Under the pieces are notes generated by a model. It saw only the letters and a list, made by a program, of their open reading frames with translations, had not been told where the DNA came from and searched no databases. Positions 57,878 through 64,000 of a DNA stretch of 64,000 nt are shown piece by piece. Made by a program: the position numbers and the translations under genes. Every line of letters begins with the position of its first letter. The first letter of the stretch is position 1. This DNA is from Macrostomum lignano (Eukaryota). The DNA is taken from contig NIVC01001260.1 in NCBI GenBank assembly GCA_002269645.1, forward strand, positions 1-64,000, in the 5' to 3' direction.

Positions 57878-58639
57878 ATGGCACGCCGGTACGATACTCG
57901 CACTACAACATTCTCGCCAGAGGGCCGCCTGTACCAGGTAGAATACGCCATGGAAGCTGTAGGACACGCTGGCACCTGTATGGGCATACTGGCTCGCGAT
58001 GGAATCGTACTGGCTGCTGAGAGGCGCAATATTAACAAACTGTTAGACGAGCCGGCCTTCTCTGAGAAAATCTACATTATTAATGACGATCTGTGCGTAG
58101 CAGTGGGCGGCATCACAGCCGATGCTAATGTGCTCATCGATGAGATGCGTTTAAGCGCTCAACGCTACCTGCTGCAGTACCAGGAGCCAATGCCTGTTGA
58201 GCAGCTGGTGTCCTCTATCTGCGATATCAAGCACGCCTACACAATGTTTGGCGGCAGGCGACCATTCGGTGTCAGCATGCTGTACTCTGGCTGGGATCTG
58301 AACTACGGCTTCCAGCTCTATCAGAGCGATCCCAGCGGCAACTTCAGCGGCTGGAAGGCCACCTGTATTGGCAGCAATGCAGCCGCTGCCAACAGCATGC
58401 TGGACCAGGAGTACACAGAAAATATGAGCATTGATGAGGCGCTCAGCCTCACTATTAAAGTGTTGAACAAATCCATGACAATGAGCAAGTTATCTGCCGA
58501 CAAGGTGGAGGTGGCCGTGTTCACTCGGAAAGAGGGTCACACCTATCTGAGCCTGCTGCCTCAGTCTAAAGTTGAGAAGCTCATCAAGGATCTGGAGGAG
58601 GCCGAACTAGCCAAGAAGGAGGCGGAGAAGAAAACCTAA
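57878..58639 (+). CDS. PSMA4: Proteasome subunit alpha type-4 (alpha3), 253 aa, intronless CDS
   Basis: [27 protein letters not shown]...[16 protein letters not shown]...[35 protein letters not shown]. Confidence 0.97.
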   Translation: MARRYDTRTTTFSPEGRLYQVEYAMEAVGHAGTCMGILARDGIVLAAERRNINKLLDEPAFSEKIYIINDDLCVAVGGITADANVLIDEMRLSAQRYLLQYQEPMPVEQLVSSICDIKHAYTMFGGRRPFGVSMLYSGWDLNYGFQLYQSDPSGNFSGWKATCIGSNAAAANSMLDQEYTENMSIDEALSLTIKVLNKSMTMSKLSADKVEVAVFTRKEGHTYLSLLPQSKVEKLIKDLEEAELAKKEAEKKT

Positions 58640-59278
58640 GCTGAATTGTTTTAAACTGTCATTGTTTAAAACGAATGTCGGATATATAATTATTCATTAA
58701 CTTCTTTCCCAGTGTGTTCACTTCGTCTACGCAAATTACGCAAAAAAACCTGCGCGCCAGAAATTTACTACTTAGTAAACGAGTAGGCTAATAGTCGTAT
58801 CATTAATAGTATTTATTTTAGGTTGAATAAGTGAACGCTTATCTGTATACCTGTTATCTGACCGAGGAAAAGTAATAAAAATGCAATGTCCCTAACTGGG
58901 TTTTTGTACCCAGTAGTAATTTTCTGTTCAAGTCTAGTATATTCAGGTGCCGATAATATTTAAGAAATAAATTGTTCAAACTTCAATGGCTCCTTTAAGC
59001 CCAGCGCAAGCACCAGATGAGTGCGTGTTGCTTACAATTTTTGCAGTTTTTTTCATAATCTAGCGCAAATTTTTATTGAATTTTATATGATTTTTATTAC
59101 TAAACGTTTTTAAAGGCAGTAATAGAACTCTATTCCATTAATTTATTTGCATGGATTTTGCTTCAGAACTAACCATATGCAGTGTAACTGCTTATTCAAT
59201 ATACTCGTAAAATTACTAAATTTAGGTATGGTATTTGAATGTTATGCTGCATGCTCTGAAATCCCATCAAAGTTGAGG

Positions 59279-60500
59279 CAGATTCAATGGCACATTAAAA
59301 AGCAGACTCAGAACAGCGGCAGATTCAATGGCAGATTCAGAACAGCGGCAGATTCGATCAATAGCAGATTCAGAACAGTGGCAGATTCAATAGCAGATTC
59401 AGAACAGTGGCAGATTCAATAGCAGATTCAGAACAGTGGCAGATTCAATAGCAGATTCAGAACAGTGGCAGATTCAATAGCAGATTCAGAACAGTGGCAG
59501 ATTCAATAGCAGATTCAGAACAGCGGCATATTCAATAGCAGATTCAGAACAGTGGCAGATTCAATAGCAGATTCAGAACAGTGGCAGATTCAATAGCAGA
59601 TTCAGAACAGTGGCAGATTCAATAGCAGATTCAGAACAGCGGCATATTCAATAGCAGATTCAGAACAGTGGCAGATTCAATAGCAGATTCAGAACAGTGG
59701 CAGATTCAATAGCAGATTCAGAACAGTGGCAGATTCAATAGCAGATTCAGAACAGTGGCAGATTCAATAGCAGATTCAGAACAGTGGCAGATTCAATAGC
59801 AGATTCAGAACAGTGGCAGATTCAATAGCAGATTCAGAACAGTGGCAGATTCAATAGCAGATTCAGAACAGTGGCAGATTCAATAGCAGATTCAGAACAG
59901 CGGCATATTCAATAGCAGATTCAGAACAGTGGCAGATTCAATAGCAGATTCAGAACAGTGGCAGATTCAATAGCAGATTCAGAACAGTGGCAGATTCAAT
60001 AGCAGATTCAGAACAGTGGCAGATTCAATAGCAGATTCAGAACAGCGGCAGATTCAATGGCAGAGTCAGAACAGCAGCACATTCAATAGCAGATTCAGAA
60101 CAGTGGCAGATTCAATAGCAGATTCAGAACAGTGGCAGATTCAATAGCAGATTCAGAACAGCGGCAGATTCAGAACAGCGGCAGATTCAATGGCAGATTC
60201 AGAACAGCAGCACATTCAATAGCAGATTCAGAACAGCGGCAGATTCAATAGCAGATTCAGAACAGCAGCACATTCAATAGCAGATTCTGAACAGCGGCAG
60301 ATTCAATGGCAGATTCAGAACAGCGGCACATTCAATAGCAGATTCAGAACAGCAGCACATTCAATAGCAGATTCAGAACAGCAGCACATTCAATAGCAGA
60401 TTCTGAACAGTGGCAGATTCAATGGCAGATTCAGAACAGCGGCACATTCAATAGCAGATTCAGAACAGCGGCAGATTCAATAGCAGATTCAGAACAGCGG
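59279..60500. repeat. Minisatellite, 29-bp unit, ~40 copies
   Basis: Unit AGATTCAATAGCAGATTCAGAACAGTGGC. Confidence 0.97.
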
Positions 60501-60666
60501 CTGGATTTAATGAGACTCAGTAGAAGCAGAAGCAGAGCATGGCTCCACGTGTTCACACTGTCATAGGTTTAAGAATGCAAGGAGACCACTTTATATTAAA
60601 ATTTAATTTTAAGCTAATATAAACTAAAGTTTGTATTGAAGCTCATATGCAATTAATCATAATCTG

Positions 60667-63000
60667 ATGCTGTCGCAGACTCTGCGCTCCATCGCACCTA
60701 ATCGCCGCGGCGTGTTGTTGGCTGCCGCAGCGGTCAAGTTGAGCACATCGTCGACTTTGCGGTTAAGTTCAAATTTGCCACCGCTAGCGTCCTCGCTTTA
60801 TCCTCCGATTAGTGCAGACGGTCGAAGTCTTAGTCGCGGTCCATACAGTCGCATTGAACCGGCAGATCTGCTTGTATTTGCTGATATTATCGGTCAGAAT
60901 CATGTGATCACAGATCAGTTTGAGGTTTTTGCGGCTAACACTGATTGGCCGAGAGACTGTCGAGGTCAGGGTGGTCACGTGCTGAGGCCGGGCTGCGCGG
61001 AGGAGGTGTCTGTGATATTGCGGCACTGCCAGAAGCGCAGGATTGCTGTTGTACCTCAGGGAGGCAACACCGGCCTGGCTGGAGGCGGCGTGCCCGTGTT
61101 TGACGAGCTGGTCCTGTCGCTTAGTAGAATGAATCGAGTGCTTGAGGTGTGCGGAGTTTTGTGATTCCTTCTTTTCAGAGAATCCTTGCATCCAGGACAG
61201 TGAACGTTCAAGAAATCAGTGTTCCTTTGTTGTCATTATTATTCATCCACACGTGTCTGGCCATTATTTTCACTCCTTCACTCTTCACATCTTACACTCC
61301 ATGTCTCCTTGGCTCCATTGTTCCACTCCGTGTCAGTTTGTCGCCATTATCTTCACTCCATGTCAATTTTTCGCCATTATCTAGCTTTACTCCATGTCAG
61401 TTTGTCACCACTATAATTTTTTTACTCTAAAACTATCTCAACTCAAATCGAACTCCAAGATTGACGCCGTGGCAGGCACAGTGGTTGCCGAGGCGGGCTG
61501 CGTCCTGGCCGATCTGGACTCTCACCTGTCTGAGCACGGTCTCACTGTGCCGCTAGATCTTGCCGCCAAAGGTAGCTGCCAGATTGGCGGCAATTTATCC
61601 ACTAACGCGGGCGGAATTTGTGTGCTACGCTACGGTTCGCTTCGCGGCTCAGTTCGTGGATTGGAAGTTGCGCTGGCTAACGGAGAGTTGATTGACTGCG
61701 GTAGAGTTAACGAGCACGAGAGTAGGCTGGTACAGCTGATGATTGGCAGCGAAGGCACGCTGGGCGTATTGACTAAAGTGACGTTGGCGTGTCCGCCTAG
61801 GCCTGCTAATGTCCGGCTGGTTCTGATTGGCTGCGATAGCTTTCAGGTTTGCCCATGGTTGTTCGTTATTTCTTAGAAAATATAATTCTGCGGGCACCCT
61901 GGCGCAACGCTTTCGGCGACATTGTCCTGCAACCAGCGCTGAGGCAATTCCGCTGACTCCTGAGTGCGCACATAGGGTGTACAGCGATTTAGACCATGGG
62001 TCGGCAAACTCCGGCCCGCGGAGCCTCTCTATCCAACCCCCTCAGGTTCTTTGAAATTTCACAATAGCAATCCGGCCCGCTCAATGTTTGTCTCTTCTCA
62101 GTTCTCTCCCTCTCTTTTCTCTCCTCTCCTCTCTCCTCTAATCTATTCTCTCGTCTCCACTCCTTTCATTTCTCCTCTCATCTTGTCACACTGGGCACTT
62201 AACTGTCTGTCAAGGTCAGAGGATGACATCAAGCAGTTCCCCTGAGCCGTGGGTCAGAAGTGAAAGCCACAGATAGTCAGTCGGTCCAGCAATCCTAAGA
62301 GTTGGGGGGCCGTAGCCCAGCGGTAGCGCAGCTGCTCTGGTGTGCCAGCGACCCAGGCTCGATTCCAAGTGCAGTCACATTAATTTGGGGCTGAATTGGA
62401 ATCTCGGCTTGGCTCTGCTCGTGCAATTAACGGCCTTGAGAGCCAACCCCCAAGGCGCAGTGAAGTGTACATGCCTAACGATAAAATAAAGTTAGGGCCG
62501 CTGTACACTCCTGTGTGAGTGTGTGCCTGCGTACGTATCCGCGCGCTTGTGTGCCTGCTCAGGGGAGTCGGCGGAATGGGCAGTAATGCCTCTCGCCGGT
62601 TGTGTGCCTATGTCGCTTAAAGTGCGCCAGGGTGCACACAACCCCCCTGCCTCTAATAAAAAAAAATCCTAAGAGTTGCCTTGAACTCCTGGGTTGCCAT
62701 TCCAGAATAGAGTTAGGGCTCAAGTTCCTCTGCATCATCCACCATGATCTTAATATCCGCAGTCGGTGCTTCATCTATTCTCGGCCGCTCGCAGTACCCT
62801 GGCCGAGACTCTGTCCGCATTTGAGATCATGGACGCCGCTACTATGTCGGCCGTGTCAGATAATCTCAAACTAAATTGTCCGCTTAGCGGCAGTAGCGAG
62901 TTCTTTGCCCTGGTTGAAACCGCCTCTTGCAATGCTAGCGGCTCGAATGATGCCGGCAAGTTGGATAGGTTTTTGGAATGCCTGGTCTCTCTCAACCATG
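60667..63000 (+). CDS. D2HGDH: D-2-hydroxyglutarate dehydrogenase-like FAD-linked oxidase, first three exons (60667-61146, 61460-61846, 62763-63000); continues beyond the window
   Basis: Mitochondrial-type leader; [69 protein letters not shown]. Phase-0 GT-AG junctions; donor GTGAGT at 63001. Confidence 0.88.
61230..61410. repeat. Degenerate ~30-bp tandem repeat (D2HGDH intron 1)
   Basis: CACTCC(A/G)TGTCAGTTTGTCGCCATTAT-like units. Confidence 0.6.
61995..62190 (+). mobile_element. Truncated second copy of the hAT-type MITE at 5191
   Basis: CATGGGTCGGCAAAC terminus, shared TTGAAA(C/T)TTCACAATAGCAAT segment and a following CT-rich tract. No right TIR found. Confidence 0.65.
62305..62664 (+). 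mobile_element. tRNA-derived SINE (~360 bp) in D2HGDH intron 2
   Basis: GGGGGCCGTAGCCCAGCGG (A box TAGCCCAGCGG), B box-like GGCTCGATTCC, A-rich tail, and a perfect 14-bp TSD AATCCTAAGAGTTG at 62291-62304 and 62665-62678. Confidence 0.85.
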
Positions 63001-63224
63001 GTGAGTAACCGTGTATAGGAGGGCACTTGATGAAGTTTATAGGGTTCGTATCTGAGAAGGATGTACGAACGTAGGATATAGATTTTAGACCAATCAATCT
63101 AGACATTTAGATAGAGATATATAGAAGATATCAGTCAAGTCCAAAGACATTGATTGATATCGGGAGAGGATTCTTATATAAAGTTAAGGGCTCTTATAAA
63201 TTTGAACTTATTTATAATGATCTA

Positions 63225-63735
63225 AAAAACTTGATTAGAAAGATCTAAAGAAATTATTAAAGAGATCTATAGAAATTGATTAGAGAGATCTAGATACATT
63301 TATTAGAAAGATCTAGAGCCTTTGGTCAGAGAGATCGAAAGACATTGATTAGAAAGATCTAGAACCTTTGGTCAGAGAGATCTAGAGACATTGATTAGAG
63401 AGATCTAGAGACATTGATTAGAGAGATCTAGAGACATTGATTAGAGAGATCTAGAGACATTGATTAGAAAGATCTAGAACCTTTGGTCAGAGAGATCTAG
63501 AGACATTGATTAGAAGATCTAGAGACATTGATTAGAAAGATCTAGAGACATGATTAGAGAGATCTAGAGACATTGATTAGAGAGATCTAGAGACATTGAT
63601 TAGAAAGATCTAGAGCCTTTGGTCAGAGAGATCTAAAGACATTGATTAGAAAGATCTAGAACCTTTGGTCAGAGAGATCTAGAGACATTGATTAGAGAGA
63701 TCTAGAGACATTGATTAGTGATATCTAGAGACTAT
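63225..63735. repeat. Minisatellite, ~23-bp unit (D2HGDH intron 3)
   Basis: Unit GACATTGATTAGAGAGATCTAGA. Confidence 0.92.
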
Positions 63736-64000
63736 CATTATCGATCTTCAGGTTTTATAATGAGCTACGAGCTATATGCCTCTCCAGAGACTTGATGCAT
63801 ATTCAAAAGCTTAAATAGCAATATAGAACCTTTTACATATATCTAGAGATTTTGTAGAGATCTATACAGATCGGTCATACATGTAGGATCAGAGGTTGAT
63901 AAAAAATGCACTTAAAGTATAACAAAAACTCGTCAGAAAGCGCCGGCTCCATCGACGCCGTTATATCAAACGATTCGCGCCAATTTGGCGTCATCTGGGC

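Noticed and set aside
62305-62380. Possible tRNA gene
   Set aside because: A and B boxes are present, but there is no convincing cloverleaf or acceptor stem and no poly-T terminator. The TSD and A-tail 360 bp apart indicate a SINE.

Overview
Animal genomic DNA with GT-AG introns, very rich in minisatellites and transposons. The gene and repeat style suggests a flatworm such as Macrostomum (inference only; no rRNA or other taxonomic marker is in the window). Spliced gene models were built by hand with consistent intron phases: (1) an 8-exon, 583-aa nucleoside-phosphorylase/nucleosidase-fold (PNP_UDP_1-like) gene, minus strand 17084-5913; (2) three tandem two-exon genes for 42-50-aa cysteine-rich peptides at 34.0-37.1 kb, invisible in the ORF track; (3) a head-to-head pair of secreted fibrinogen-related (FReD) genes at 43.9-47.0 kb, near-identical in the middle but divergent at both ends, one with a premature stop; (4) a co-oriented housekeeping run FAU/RPS30, PSMA4 and D2HGDH, the last running off the window; (5) a candidate 92-aa single-pass membrane protein. 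Mobile elements: two inverted copies of an RNase H-bearing R1/LOA-like LINE (one with both ends, a 13-bp TSD, a TAATG stop-start junction and a deleted RT core), a 1.29-kb mariner interrupted by a 2.05-kb LTR-like insert, RTE-like LINE fragments, hAT and foldback-like MITEs, and a tRNA-headed SINE with a 14-bp TSD. About 20 unrelated tandem arrays fill introns and intergenic space. There is no CRISPR, rRNA or bona fide tRNA gene. No database searches were run; family assignments come from motif recognition.
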